A stretch of 33,921 nucleotides of DNA from Agromyces sp. (lineage in GTDB: Bacteria; Actinomycetota; Actinomycetes; Actinomycetales; Microbacteriaceae): NCBI GenBank assembly GCA_031178025.1, contig JAPSJU010000001.1, positions 1-33,921 on the forward strand, in the 5' to 3' direction. The notes below the pieces were generated by a model. The model worked only from the letters and a program-made list of their open reading frames with translations. It was not told the DNA's origin and made no database searches. This document shows, piece by piece, positions 1 through 9,750 of the stretch (position 1 is its first letter; each line of letters begins with the position of its first letter). A program made the position numbers and the translations under genes.

Positions 1-230
1 ACGTCGCCGACATCGCGATCGTCTCGAGCATGGTGCTCTTCATGATCCTCACCATCCGCGGCATCGGGCTCGACGGCGTCCGCGAGCCGAAGCGGGGCGA
101 TGCTGCCGCTGCTCGCGATCCCGAGGCATCGAACGAGGTCGAGGCGCCGGCCACGACGGCGGGTGAGGCACCCGCCGGGCCGGCTCGCTCGACGATCGCC
201 GGTGCGTCCTCGCCCGCGCCCGAATCCTGA
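1..230 (+). CDS. lspA: Lipoprotein signal peptidase II, 3' fragment (5' end outside window)
   Basis: Frame from nt 3 reads [25 protein letters not shown], matching the (FN)VAD catalytic motif and last TM helix of LspA. It ends at TGA 228-230, directly before rluD (the usual lspA-rluD linkage). Confidence 0.85.
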   Translation, partial: VADIAIVSSMVLFMILTIRGIGLDGVREPKRGDAAAARDPEASNEVEAPATTAGEAPAGPARSTIAGASSPAPES

Positions 231-232
231 GC

Positions 233-1153
233 ATGGACCACCGTTCCCTCCCGGTTCCGGACGGACTCGACGGCGTCCGGGTCGACCAGGCCCTCGCGAA
301 GCTCCTCGGCTTCTCCCGCACGCTGGCCGCGGACATCGCCTCGGCGGGCGGGGTGCTGCTCGACGGGGCTCCGGTCGACAAATCGGACCGGCTGCGCGCC
401 GGCGCGTGGCTCGAGGTGAGCTGGGAACCGCCGAGGACCGTCGAGGTCGTGCCGACCGCCGTGCCCGACCTGGGCATCGTGCATGACGACGACGACCTCG
501 TGGTGGTCGACAAGCCCGCAGGCGTCGCGGCGCATCCGTCGCTCGGCTGGGACGGGCCGACGGTCGTCGGAGCCCTCGCCGCGGCCGGCTTCCGCATCTC
601 GACGTCCGGCGCGCCCGAGCGTCAGGGCGTCGTGCACCGGTTGGACGCGGGCACGAGCGGCCTCATGGTCGTCGCGAAGTCGGAGCGGGCCTACACCGAA
701 CTGAAGCGCCAGTTCCACGACCGCGAGGTCGAGAAGATCTACCACACCGTCGTGCAGGGCCACCCGGATCCGCTCGCCGGGACGATCGACGCCCCCGTCG
801 GGCGCCATCCGCGATCGGAGTGGAAGTTCGCCGTCACCGCCTCGGGCAAGCACGCCGTGACGCATTACGAGACGCTCGAGGCGTTCCCCTACGCGTCGCT
901 CCTCGAGGTGCATCTCGAGACGGGCCGCACCCATCAGATCCGGGTGCACATGGCCGCGCAGCGGCATCCGTGCGCGGGCGATGCGATGTACGGCGCCGAC
1001 CCCTCCCTCTCGGCGCGACTCGGGTTGACACGACAGTGGCTGCACGCCCGCGAGCTCTCGCTGACGCACCCAGGGACGCGGGAGTGGACGACGTTCGCAT
1101 CCGACTACGCCGCCGACCTCGCGCGCGCACTCGAGCTGCTGCGCGGCGACTGA
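233..1153 (+). CDS. rluD: RluA/RluD-family 23S rRNA pseudouridine synthase
   Basis: N-terminal S4-like RVDQALAKL; motifs [16 protein letters not shown] (catalytic Asp), [24 protein letters not shown]. Confidence 0.92.
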   Translation: MDHRSLPVPDGLDGVRVDQALAKLLGFSRTLAADIASAGGVLLDGAPVDKSDRLRAGAWLEVSWEPPRTVEVVPTAVPDLGIVHDDDDLVVVDKPAGVAAHPSLGWDGPTVVGALAAAGFRISTSGAPERQGVVHRLDAGTSGLMVVAKSERAYTELKRQFHDREVEKIYHTVVQGHPDPLAGTIDAPVGRHPRSEWKFAVTASGKHAVTHYETLEAFPYASLLEVHLETGRTHQIRVHMAAQRHPCAGDAMYGADPSLSARLGLTRQWLHARELSLTHPGTREWTTFASDYAADLARALELLRGD

Positions 1154-1197
1154 GCGCCGCGCACGCCGGCTGCGGCGGCGACGTGGGTCGGTCGCCG

Positions 1198-1203
1198 TAG
1201 ACT
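1198..1203 (+). promoter_or_regulatory. Putative -10 element (TAGACT) for dnaE
   Basis: TANNNT hexamer in the rluD-dnaE gap, about 50 nt before the GTG start; RBS GAGGAG at 1242-1247. Confidence 0.5.
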
Positions 1204-1251
1204 CGGAACACCCCCAGAGAACCACCTCGCAGTACCCCGATGAGGAGCCCA

Positions 1252-4200
1252 GTGGCCGCCGATTCCTTCGTCCACCTGCACGTCCACAGCGAGTACTCGA
1301 TGCTCGACGGCGCAGCGAGGGTCGGTGAGCTCATCCAGGCCGCGAAGGGCGAGCAGATGCCCGCCGTCGCGATCACCGACCACGGCAACGTGTTCGGCGC
1401 CTACGACTTCTGGAAGCAGGCGACCGACGCCGGCATCAAGCCGATCATCGGCACCGAGGCGTACCTCACCCCTGGCACGCATCGCAGCGACAAGACCCGC
1501 GTCCGCTGGGGCGGGGGCGGCGGCGACGACGTGTCGGGCTCCGGTGCGTACACCCACATGACGCTGCTGTCGGAGACGACCGAGGGCATGCACAACCTCT
1601 TCCGGCTCTCGAGCCTCGCGTCGATCGAGGGGTACTACTTCAAGCCGCGGATGGACCGCGAGATCCTGCAGCGCTACTCGAAGGGGCTCATCGCGACGAC
1701 CGGATGCCCGTCGGGCGAGGTGCAGACCCGCCTGCGGCTCGGGCAGTACGACGAGGCCGTGAAGGCGGCGGCCGACTACCGCGACATCTTCGGCCGCGAG
1801 AACTTCTTCGCCGAGATCATGGACCACGGGCTCGGCATCGAGAAGCGGGTCATGGACGACCTCGTCCGGCTCGCGAAGCAGCTCGACCTGCCGCTCGTCG
1901 CGACGAACGACCTGCACTACACGCACGCGCACGACGCGAAGAGCCATGCCGCACTGCTCTGCGTGCAGTCGGGTTCGACGCTCGACGACCCCAACCGCTT
2001 CAAGTTCGACGCCGACGAGTTCTACCTGAAGACCGCGGCCGAGATGCGGCACCTGTTCCGTGATCATCCCGAGGCGTGCGACAACACCCTGCTCATCGCC
2101 GAGCGCGCCGACGTGCGGTTCAACACGAGCGCGAACTACATGCCCCGGTTCCCGGTACCCGAGGGCGAGAGCGAGGAGAGCTGGTTCGTGAAGGAGGTCG
2201 AGCGCGGCCTTCACGTGCGGTACCCCGGCGGCATCCCCGACGAGGTGCGCAGGCAGGCGGACTACGAGGTCGGCGTCATCTCCCAGATGGGATTCCCCGG
2301 GTACTTCCTCGTCGTCGCCGACTTCATCAACTGGTCGAAGAACAACGGCATCCGCGTCGGTCCCGGTCGCGGTTCGGGAGCCGGGTCGATGGCGGCGTAC
2401 GCGATGCGCATCACCGACCTCGACCCGCTGCGCCACGGCCTCATCTTCGAGCGGTTCCTGAATCCCGACCGCGTCTCGATGCCCGACTTCGACGTGGACT
2501 TCGACGAGCGTCGTCGGGGCGAGGTCATCAAGTACGTGACCGAGAAGTACGGCGACGAGCGCGTCGCGCAGATCGTCACGTACGGCACCATCAAGGCCAA
2601 GCAGGCCCTGAAGGACAGCTCCCGGGTGCTCGGATTCCCGTTCGGCATGGGGGAGAAGCTGACCAAGGCGATGCCGCCGGCGATCATGGGCAAGGACATC
2701 CCCCTCTCGGGGATCCTCGACAAGGATCACCCCCGCTACAAGGAGGCGGGCGACATCCGCGCCATCATCGAGACGGACGCCGAGGCGAAGACCGTCTTCG
2801 AGACGGCGCTCGGTCTCGAGAACCTGAAGCGCCAGTGGGGCGTGCACGCCGCCGGCGTGATCATGTCGAGCGATCCGCTCATCGACATCATCCCGATCAT
2901 GAAGCGGGAGCAGGACGGCCAGATCGTCACGCAGTTCGACTATCCGGCGTGCGAGGCGCTCGGCCTCATCAAGATGGACTTCCTGGGGCTGCGCAACCTC
3001 ACGATCATCGACGACGCCCTCGACAACATCGAGGCGAACCGCGGGTTCCGTCCCGTGCTCGAAGAGCTCGCCCTCGACGACCAGGGCGCGTACGACCTGC
3101 TCGCCAAGGGCGACACCCTCGGGGTGTTCCAGCTCGACGGCGGCCCCATGCGCTCACTCCTGCGCCAGATGAAGCCCGACAACTTCGAGGACATCTCCGC
3201 GGTCATCGCGCTCTACCGCCCGGGACCCATGGGTGCGAACTCGCACATCAACTACGCCCTCCGCAAGAACGGGCTCCAGCCGATCACGCCCATCCACCCC
3301 GAACTCGAGGAGCCGCTGCGGGAGATCCTCGACACGAGCTACGGCCTGATCATCTATCAGGAGCAGGTCATGGCGATCGCGCAGCGCGTCGCCGGATTCT
3401 CGCTCGGACAGGCCGACATCCTGCGTCGCGCGATGGGCAAGAAGAAGAAGTCCGAGCTCGACAAGCAGTACGAGGGCTTCTCGGGGGGCATGAAGGCGAA
3501 CGGCTTCTCGGATGCCGCGATCAAGATGCTCTGGGACATCCTGCTGCCGTTCTCCGACTACGCCTTCAACAAGGCGCACTCGGCCGCCTACGGCGTGCTG
3601 AGCTACTGGACCGCATACCTCAAGGCGCACTTCCCGGCGGAGTACATGGCGGCGCTCCTCACGAGCGTCGGCGACGCCCGCGACAAGCTGGCGCTCTACC
3701 TCAACGAGTGCCGCCGCATGGGCATCAAGGTGCTGCCGCCCGACGTGAACGAGTCGATCGGGTACTTCGCCGCCGTCGGCGACGACATCCGCTTCGGCCT
3801 GGGCGCCGTGCGCAATGTCGGCTTCAACGTCGTCGATGCGATCCGCTCCGCCCGCGAGGCGAAGGGGCGGTTCGAGTCGTTCCACGACTTCCTCAAGAAG
3901 TGCCCGATCCAGGTGGCGAACAAGCGCACCGTGGAGTCGCTCGTGAAGGCGGGGGCCTTCGACTCGCTGGGGCACACGCGTCGTGCACTCGTGGAGATCC
4001 ACGAGGGGGCCGTGGAATCGGCCGTGAAGGAGAAGCGGGCCGAGGAGGTCGGCGACATCGGCTTCGACTTCGACAGCCTCTTCGACGACCACGAGAAGGA
4101 GGCGGCGCCCTCGCTCGTGCCGGACCGGCCCGAGTGGGCGAAGCGCGACAAGCTCGCATTCGAGCGCGAGATGCTCGGCCTCTACGTCTCGGACCACCCG

Positions 4201-4770
4201 CTCGCGGGCCTCGAGGTGCCGCTCGCGAAGCACGCGTCGACGACCATCACCGAGCTCGTGTCCTCCGATGCCACGCAGGATGGCGACACGGTCACGATCG
4301 CGGGACTCGTGACGAGCGTGCAGCATCGCGTCGCACGCCAGAGCGGCAACCAGTACGGCATGATCCAGGTCGAGGACTTCTCGGGCGAGATCACCGTGAT
4401 GTTCATGGGCAAGGCATATCAGGAGTTCGCGCCGGGCCTGAAGGGCGACTCGATCGTCGTGGTCCGCGGCCGGGTGAGCATGCGCGACGACGGGATGAAC
4501 CTGCACGCCTACAGCGTGTTCAGCCCTGAGCTCGGCCAGGGGGAGGAGTCGGGGCCGGTCGTCATCTCCCTGCCCGACATCCGGGCGACGACCGATACCA
4601 TCACCGCCCTCGGCGACGTGCTGATCCGCCACCGCGGCGACACCGAGGTGCGCTTGAAGCTCGTGAAGGGTCGTACGGCCCGCGTGTTCGAGCTGCCGTA
4701 TCCCGTGCAGGTCACCGCCGACCTGTACGGCGAGCTGAAGAGCCTGCTCGGACCGAACTGCCTCGTGTGA
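1252..4770 (+). CDS. dnaE: DNA polymerase III alpha subunit (DnaE1)
   Basis: PHP motif FVHLHVHSEYSMLDG, AITDHGN, GPGRGSGAGS, FERFLNPDRVSMPDFDVDF, YAFNKAHSAAY and a C-terminal OB fold. GTG 1252 chosen because GAGGAG precedes it (ORF track starts at 1240). Confidence 0.97.
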   Translation: MAADSFVHLHVHSEYSMLDGAARVGELIQAAKGEQMPAVAITDHGNVFGAYDFWKQATDAGIKPIIGTEAYLTPGTHRSDKTRVRWGGGGGDDVSGSGAYTHMTLLSETTEGMHNLFRLSSLASIEGYYFKPRMDREILQRYSKGLIATTGCPSGEVQTRLRLGQYDEAVKAAADYRDIFGRENFFAEIMDHGLGIEKRVMDDLVRLAKQLDLPLVATNDLHYTHAHDAKSHAALLCVQSGSTLDDPNRFKFDADEFYLKTAAEMRHLFRDHPEACDNTLLIAERADVRFNTSANYMPRFPVPEGESEESWFVKEVERGLHVRYPGGIPDEVRRQADYEVGVISQMGFPGYFLVVADFINWSKNNGIRVGPGRGSGAGSMAAYAMRITDLDPLRHGLIFERFLNPDRVSMPDFDVDFDERRRGEVIKYVTEKYGDERVAQIVTYGTIKAKQALKDSSRVLGFPFGMGEKLTKAMPPAIMGKDIPLSGILDKDHPRYKEAGDIRAIIETDAEAKTVFETALGLENLKRQWGVHAAGVIMSSDPLIDIIPIMKREQDGQIVTQFDYPACEALGLIKMDFLGLRNLTIIDDALDNIEANRGFRPVLEELALDDQGAYDLLAKGDTLGVFQLDGGPMRSLLRQMKPDNFEDISAVIALYRPGPMGANSHINYALRKNGLQPITPIHPELEEPLREILDTSYGLIIYQEQVMAIAQRVAGFSLGQADILRRAMGKKKKSELDKQYEGFSGGMKANGFSDAAIKMLWDILLPFSDYAFNKAHSAAYGVLSYWTAYLKAHFPAEYMAALLTSVGDARDKLALYLNECRRMGIKVLPPDVNESIGYFAAVGDDIRFGLGAVRNVGFNVVDAIRSAREAKGRFESFHDFLKKCPIQVANKRTVESLVKAGAFDSLGHTRRALVEIHEGAVESAVKEKRAEEVGDIGFDFDSLFDDHEKEAAPSLVPDRPEWAKRDKLAFEREMLGLYVSDHPLAGLEVPLAKHASTTITELVSSDATQDGDTVTIAGLVTSVQHRVARQSGNQYGMIQVEDFSGEITVMFMGKAYQEFAPGLKGDSIVVVRGRVSMRDDGMNLHAYSVFSPELGQGEESGPVVISLPDIRATTDTITALGDVLIRHRGDTEVRLKLVKGRTARVFELPYPVQVTADLYGELKSLLGPNCLV

Positions 4771-4802
4771 CCGGCGCGGGCGTCGCCCGCCCGAGTGCTC
4801 GC

Positions 4803-4808
4803 TAGGCT
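4803..4808 (+). promoter_or_regulatory. Putative -10 element (TAGGCT), 9 nt before hisD ATG
   Basis: GCTAGGCTGGGA at 4801-4812; the same 12-mer precedes nrdR at the same distance. Confidence 0.6.
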
Positions 4809-4817
4809 GGGACTGCC

Positions 4818-6125
4818 ATGCTGCGAACCATCGATCTGCGCGGAAGCCGCCCGTCCCCGAGCGAACTGCTCGGCCTCGTCCCGCGCGCCGCGACGGATGT
4901 CACGGCCGCACTCGACGGTGCCCGCGGGTTGATCGACGACGTGCGCGCTCGCGGCGAGGCCGCCCTGCTCGACCAGGCCGAGCGCTTCGACGGGGTGCGC
5001 CCGGTCGCGGTGCGAGTTCCGGCCGTCGAGCTGGCCGAGGCGCTCGACGCGTTGGCACCCGAGATCCGCTCGGCCATCGAGCGCACCATCGTGCGAGTGC
5101 GCGCTGCGAGCGAGGCCCAGGTGCCGGATCCCCGCCGCACGGTGCTCGGCGACGGCGCCGTCGTCGAGCAGCGTTGGCAGCCGGTGTCCCGAGTCGGCCT
5201 CTACGTGCCCGGCGGCAAGGCCGTCTACCCGTCGAGCGTCGTCATGAACGTCGTGCCGGCGCAGGTCGCGGGGGTGCGCTCCATCGCGCTGGCCTCGCCG
5301 GCGCAAGCGGCGTTCGACGGTCGCGTGCACCCCACGGTGGCCGGCGTCGCGGCGCTCCTCGGCATCACCGAGGTGTACGCCATGGGCGGAGCCGGCGCGA
5401 TCGGCGCCTTCGCATACGGGGTGCCGGACCTGGGACTCGACCCCGTGCAGCGCGTCACCGGACCGGGCAACGTGTACGTCGCCGCCGCGAAGCGGCTCGT
5501 GCAGGGCGTCACGGGCATCGACGCCGAAGCGGGCCCCACCGACATCCTCGTCATCGCGGATGCCTCGGCCGACCCGGATTTCGTGGCGGCCGATCTCGTC
5601 AGCCAGGCCGAGCACGACGAGCTCGCGGCATCCGTGCTCGTGACCGACTCGGCCGAGCTCGCGGGGCAGGTGATCGAGCGGCTCGTGGTTCGGGTGGCGG
5701 CCACCAGGCACACCGATCGCGTGCGCACGGCGATCGAGGGCGCCCAGTCGGCGCTCGTGCTCGTCGACGATCTCGAGCAGGCCGCCGACTTCGCCAATGC
5801 ATTCGGTCCCGAGCACCTCGAGATCCAGGTTCGCGACGTCGACGCGACGCTCGAGCGCATCGAGAACGCGGGCGCGATCTTCGTCGGCGACTACTCGCCG
5901 GTGAGCCTCGGCGACTACGCCGCCGGTTCCAACCACGTGCTGCCCACCGGAGGACAGGCGCGGTACGCCGCAGGCCTGTCGGCGGCCACGTTCCTGCGCC
6001 CGCAGCAGGTGGTGCGCTACGACGCCGACGCACTGCGTGCGGTGGCGCCGGTCATCGCGGCGCTCTCGGCCGAGGAGGACCTGCCGGCACACGGGGAGGC
6101 CGTGACCGCGCGGTTCGACCGCTGA
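4818..6125 (+). CDS. hisD: Histidinol dehydrogenase
   Basis: VGLYVPGGKAVYPSSVVM, VTGPGNVYVAAAKR, GIDAEAGPTD, DLVSQAEHD, PEHLE, GDYAAGSNHVLPTGG. Confidence 0.97.
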   Translation: MLRTIDLRGSRPSPSELLGLVPRAATDVTAALDGARGLIDDVRARGEAALLDQAERFDGVRPVAVRVPAVELAEALDALAPEIRSAIERTIVRVRAASEAQVPDPRRTVLGDGAVVEQRWQPVSRVGLYVPGGKAVYPSSVVMNVVPAQVAGVRSIALASPAQAAFDGRVHPTVAGVAALLGITEVYAMGGAGAIGAFAYGVPDLGLDPVQRVTGPGNVYVAAAKRLVQGVTGIDAEAGPTDILVIADASADPDFVAADLVSQAEHDELAASVLVTDSAELAGQVIERLVVRVAATRHTDRVRTAIEGAQSALVLVDDLEQAADFANAFGPEHLEIQVRDVDATLERIENAGAIFVGDYSPVSLGDYAAGSNHVLPTGGQARYAAGLSAATFLRPQQVVRYDADALRAVAPVIAALSAEEDLPAHGEAVTARFDR

Positions 6126-6174
6126 CCCCGGCTCGCCGAGCGCGAACGCCCGCGGTGGCCGTGCACGCCCCCGC

Positions 6175-6180
6175 TAGGCT
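6175..6180 (+). promoter_or_regulatory. Putative -10 element (TAGGCT), 9 nt before nrdR ATG
   Basis: TANNNT hexamer with the same context as the hisD site. Confidence 0.6.
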
Positions 6181-6189
6181 GGGAGCACC

Positions 6190-6663
6190 ATGTACTGCCC
6201 CTTCTGCCGCCATCCGGATTCCCGCGTCATCGACTCGCGCACGAGCGACGACGGACTCTCGATCCGCCGTCGCAGGCAGTGCCCCGAGTGCGGCCGCAGA
6301 TTCTCGACGACCGAGACGGCGAGCCTGGCGGTGATCAAGCGAAGCGGGGTCATCGAGCCGTTCAGCCGGGAGAAGGTCGTGCTCGGCGTCAAGAAGGCGT
6401 GCCAGGGTCGCCCCGTCACCGACTCCGACCTCGCGGTGCTCGCGCAGAAGGTCGAGGAGACCATCCGATCGACCGGGGCGTCGCAGATCGAGGCGAACGA
6501 CATCGGCCTGGCGATCCTGCCGCCGCTGCGCGAACTCGACGAGGTCGCGTACCTGCGGTTCGCGAGCGTCTACCAGGCGTTCGAGTCGCTCGACGATTTC
6601 GAGTCGGCGATCGGCGCGCTGCGCGCCGAGCACGGCCGCCTTCCGGCGCGCCCGGTCGAGTGA
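6190..6663 (+). CDS. nrdR: Transcriptional repressor NrdR
   Basis: MYCPFC...SRVIDSR...[18 protein letters not shown] zinc ribbon; ATP-cone VIKRSG...EPFSREK; [12 protein letters not shown]. Confidence 0.97.
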   Translation: MYCPFCRHPDSRVIDSRTSDDGLSIRRRRQCPECGRRFSTTETASLAVIKRSGVIEPFSREKVVLGVKKACQGRPVTDSDLAVLAQKVEETIRSTGASQIEANDIGLAILPPLRELDEVAYLRFASVYQAFESLDDFESAIGALRAEHGRLPARPVE

Positions 6664-6706
6664 CGGGCGTCGCCGCCGACCTCGTTCCGATAGCCTGAGT
6701 GGCGGC

Positions 6707-7744
6707 ATGTACCGACTCCTCTTCTCCCTCGTCCTGTCCCGCATGGATCCCGAGGACGCGCACCATCTGGCATTCCGCCTGATCCGGTCGCTTCCGACTC
6801 TCGGAATCGGGCGCCTCCTCGAACTCCTCACCGCTCCCGACCGCTCGCTCGCCGTCGAAGCGCTCGGCGTGCGATTCCCGTCGCCGTTCGGCCTCGCAGC
6901 CGGCTTCGACAAGGACGGGTTCGCCGTGCGCGGGCTCGGTCACCTCGGCTTCGGCCACGTGGAGGTGGGCACGATCACGGCGCATCCCCAGCCCGGGAAC
7001 CCGCGGCCGCGCCTGTTCCGCCTCGTCGGCGACCGCGCGCTCGTGAACCGCATGGGCTTCAACAACGGCGGGGCGGATGCCGCCGTCGGTCGCCTCTCGC
7101 GGCTCGCTCGCCGCCGGCACCGCCCGGTGCTCGGCGTGAACATCGGCAAGAGCCGCATCACGCCGGTCGAGGACGCGATCGGCGATTACGAGCGCAGCAC
7201 CCGGGTCCTCGCGCCGTACGCGGACTACCTCGTCGTGAACGTCAGCTCGCCCAACACGCCCGGCCTGCGAGGCCTGCAGGAGCTCGATGCGCTCTCGCCG
7301 CTCCTCGAGGCGGTGCACCGGACCGCGGGGAGGACGCCGGTGCTCGTGAAGATCGCTCCCGACCTCTCCGACGAGGAGATCGTGCGCATCTGCCGGCTCG
7401 TCACGCAGCTCGGCCTCGCCGGGATCATCGCGACGAACACCACGACCTCCCGCGAGGGGCTCACCGCTGCGGCATCCGACGTCGAACGGATCGGCGCGGG
7501 CGGACTCTCAGGAGCGCCCCTCGCGGCTCGCTCGCTCGAGGTGCTGCGACTCGTCCGTGCCAGCGTGCCACCCGAGCTGTGCGTGGTCTCCGTCGGGGGT
7601 GTGGAGACGGCAGCCGACGTGCTGGAACGCCTCGATGCCGGTGCCACCCTCGTGCAGGGGTATTCGGCGTTCGTCTACCGCGGCCCGCTGTGGGCGCGGC
7701 AGATCAATCGCGGGCTCGCGCGGGCCCGCCGTGAGCGGGCGTAG
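6707..7744 (+). CDS. pyrD: Quinone-dependent dihydroorotate dehydrogenase (class 2)
   Basis: DPEDAH, GLAAGFDK, EVGTIT...QPGNPRPRLFRL, NRMGFNN, VNVSSPNTPGLR, VKIAPDL, ATNTT, GGLSGAPL. TAGCCT at 6691-6696 lies upstream. Confidence 0.96.
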   Translation: MYRLLFSLVLSRMDPEDAHHLAFRLIRSLPTLGIGRLLELLTAPDRSLAVEALGVRFPSPFGLAAGFDKDGFAVRGLGHLGFGHVEVGTITAHPQPGNPRPRLFRLVGDRALVNRMGFNNGGADAAVGRLSRLARRRHRPVLGVNIGKSRITPVEDAIGDYERSTRVLAPYADYLVVNVSSPNTPGLRGLQELDALSPLLEAVHRTAGRTPVLVKIAPDLSDEEIVRICRLVTQLGLAGIIATNTTTSREGLTAAASDVERIGAGGLSGAPLAARSLEVLRLVRASVPPELCVVSVGGVETAADVLERLDAGATLVQGYSAFVYRGPLWARQINRGLARARRERA

Positions 7745-7780
7745 CGGCGCGCACCCGAGAGCGGCCTGCAGCTCGCGGGA

Positions 7781-7800
7781 CCGCGGGGTGGAACCCGCGG
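7781..7800. terminator. Hairpin between convergent pyrD and App1-family genes
   Basis: CCGCGGG-GTGGAA-CCCGCGG, a perfect 7-bp stem with no U-tract. Confidence 0.4.
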
Positions 7801-7802
7801 AG

Positions 7803-8864
7803 CTAGAGGAGCCCCACCTCGTTGAGCCGGTCGGCCAGGGTCGCCCCATCGCTCGCGGAGACCCACGGGACGTCGACGGCTCCGTGCTCGTCGGCCTTCG
7901 TGCGGCCGCCGGCGAGTACCGCCTCACCCGTCGAGAGCCGGCGGATGGCCACCGCGGCCACGCGTTCGGGATGTTCCGCGGCGAAGCGCGCGTAGAGCTC
8001 CTCGTCGTGCTGCCCGTCGTCACCGATGAGCAGCCAGCGTACGTGGGGGAACTCCTCCGCCAGCCGCCGCAGGTTGTCCTCCTTGTGCGCGCGGCCGCTG
8101 CGGAACCAGCGGTCGTGGGTGGGACCCCAGTCGGTGAGGAGCAGCGGCCCGGCCGGGTAGAGGTTGCGCGAGAGGAACCTCGTCAGCGTGGGCGCGACGT
8201 TCCATGCGCCCGTCGAGAGGTAGATGACCGGCGAGCCGGGATGGCTGCGCACGAGTCGCTCGTAGAGCACCGCCATGCCAGGGGTCGGGATGCGCGCGTG
8301 CTCGTCGAGCACGAAGGTGTTCCAGAACGCCACGAACGGCCTCGGAAGCGCCGTGACCATCACGGTGTCGTCCACGTCGGAGAGCACGCCGAAGTGCACG
8401 TCCGGTCCGACGATCCAGACGGGCGCCTCGACCGTCTCGGAGCCTTCCGTGCGGAGGGTGACGCGATGCCAGCCGGGCGCGAGCGCAACGGGGATCTTCG
8501 TGTCGACGACACCGCCGCGGTCGGCGAGCACCTCGATCCGCTCGCCGCCGATCTCGATGATCACCGGCACGTCGCCGACGGGCACGCTCGTGAAGCTCCG
8601 CCATCCGCGGATGCCCTGTTCGCGCCGACGACGACCGCGCTTCGAGGGCTCGTCGGCCGGGATGGGGCGGCTGAGCAGCACCCGGCAGAGCACGCGGACC
8701 CAGTCGGTCGACCCGTAGCCGGTGTACGGCACGACCGTCGGCACGTGGCCGCGGCGGCGTGCCCAGCGCTCCCGGAGGTCGTGCACCCAGTCTTCGAGGC
8801 GTGCGGCTCTGTGCCGGACCTGGCGCTCTCGAGATCCGGCCGGAGTGGGGGAGCTCACCGGCAT
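7803..8864 (-). CDS. App1-family (DUF2183) phosphatidate-phosphatase-like protein
   Basis: HAD-like DxDxT motif GVLSDVDDTV, PGMAVLY, YLSTGAWN, LLLTDWGP, WLLIGDDGQHD, AVAIRRL. Confidence 0.85.
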   Translation of the reverse strand: MPVSSPTPAGSRERQVRHRAARLEDWVHDLRERWARRRGHVPTVVPYTGYGSTDWVRVLCRVLLSRPIPADEPSKRGRRRREQGIRGWRSFTSVPVGDVPVIIEIGGERIEVLADRGGVVDTKIPVALAPGWHRVTLRTEGSETVEAPVWIVGPDVHFGVLSDVDDTVMVTALPRPFVAFWNTFVLDEHARIPTPGMAVLYERLVRSHPGSPVIYLSTGAWNVAPTLTRFLSRNLYPAGPLLLTDWGPTHDRWFRSGRAHKEDNLRRLAEEFPHVRWLLIGDDGQHDEELYARFAAEHPERVAAVAIRRLSTGEAVLAGGRTKADEHGAVDVPWVSASDGATLADRLNEVGLL

Positions 8865-8870
8865 CCACCC

Positions 8871-8879
8871 AGTCTGTCA
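8871..8879 (-). promoter_or_regulatory. Putative extended -10 (TGA-CAGACT), 6 nt before App1 ATG (leaderless)
   Basis: Minus strand reads TGACAGACT-GGGTGG-ATG; no Shine-Dalgarno sequence. Confidence 0.5.
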
Positions 8880-8976
8880 TGCGGCCCGGTCCCTTCACGA
8901 AACGCGGCCACCCGCTGGATGGTCGGCCACGACCCGGGGGACCTATAGAGTGGAGGCCGCGAAAGAGGAGGGTTCC

Positions 8977-9693
8977 GTGCCGAATGTCGAGCTGATCCTC
9001 GGGGCCGGTCCGAGCCGTAAGCGCGCGATCCGCACCGAGCCGACGCAGCGTCGCAGCACCCAGCGTCTCGACGCGTTGCTCGACGCCGCCGCCGAGATCG
9101 TCGACGAGACCGGGTTCGAGCGGCTGACGACGCAGATGGTGGCCGAGCGTGCCGGTGCATCGATCGGCACCGTCTATCGCTATTTCCCCGATCGCGTCGC
9201 GGTGCTGCACGCGCTGCGCGAACGCTCGATCCGCCGGTTCCGCGAGCGGGTCGCCGACGACCTCGAGCGCGCCGAACTCGCGACCTGGTGGGATGTCGTC
9301 GAGGTCGCGCTCGACGTGGCCGCGTCGCTCTACCGCGACGAGCCGGGGTTCAGCGTCGTGCAGTCCGGACGTCGGGAGACCGCCGAAGACAGCCCCGAAC
9401 CCGAGTTCGCGCTTCGCATCGCTCGGCTCATCGAGGCCGAGTTCGATCTCGAGGCCGACGATCCGGAGCTCCGGTTCCGGCTCGGCATCGCCGTCGAGCT
9501 CGGTGATGCCCTGATCAGCAGGGCCTTCGAACGCGAGCCAGAGGGGGATGCGCGCTACCTCTTCGAGGCGAAGCGGATCGTGCACGACTACCTCGCCGAG
9601 CACCTCGGTCACGCGCGCGGGTACGACGCCGAAGGCTGGGGGACGGCGCTCGACGACGCGCTGCGACGGCGCGTTGCCTCGCGAGTCGAATGA
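8977..9693 (+). CDS. TetR/AcrR-family transcriptional regulator
   Basis: PTQRRS...LLDAAAEIVDETGFERLTTQMVAERAGASIGTVYRYFPDR helix-turn-helix. GTG 8977 follows AAAGAGGAGG; candidate -10 TAGAGT at 8946-8951. Confidence 0.92.
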   Translation: MPNVELILGAGPSRKRAIRTEPTQRRSTQRLDALLDAAAEIVDETGFERLTTQMVAERAGASIGTVYRYFPDRVAVLHALRERSIRRFRERVADDLERAELATWWDVVEVALDVAASLYRDEPGFSVVQSGRRETAEDSPEPEFALRIARLIEAEFDLEADDPELRFRLGIAVELGDALISRAFEREPEGDARYLFEAKRIVHDYLAEHLGHARGYDAEGWGTALDDALRRRVASRVE

Positions 9694-9750
9694 TGTTTGG
9701 CTGGATCGCGGGCGTCCGGACGACCTTCCGAGCCCGGGAATGGGGCGGGC

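Noticed and set aside
1175-1198. Hairpin GCGGCGAC-N8-GTCGCCGT after rluD as a terminator or ncRNA
   Set aside because: Short GC-rich stem with no U-tract that overlaps the putative dnaE promoter; indistinguishable from chance.
1252-4770. Intein or split in DnaE
   Set aside because: Length (about 1170 aa) is normal, motifs are contiguous, and no intein splice or LAGLIDADG motifs are visible.
6126-6189. NrdR box for autoregulation upstream of nrdR
   Set aside because: No match to the AT-rich acaCwAtATaTwGtg-type palindrome.
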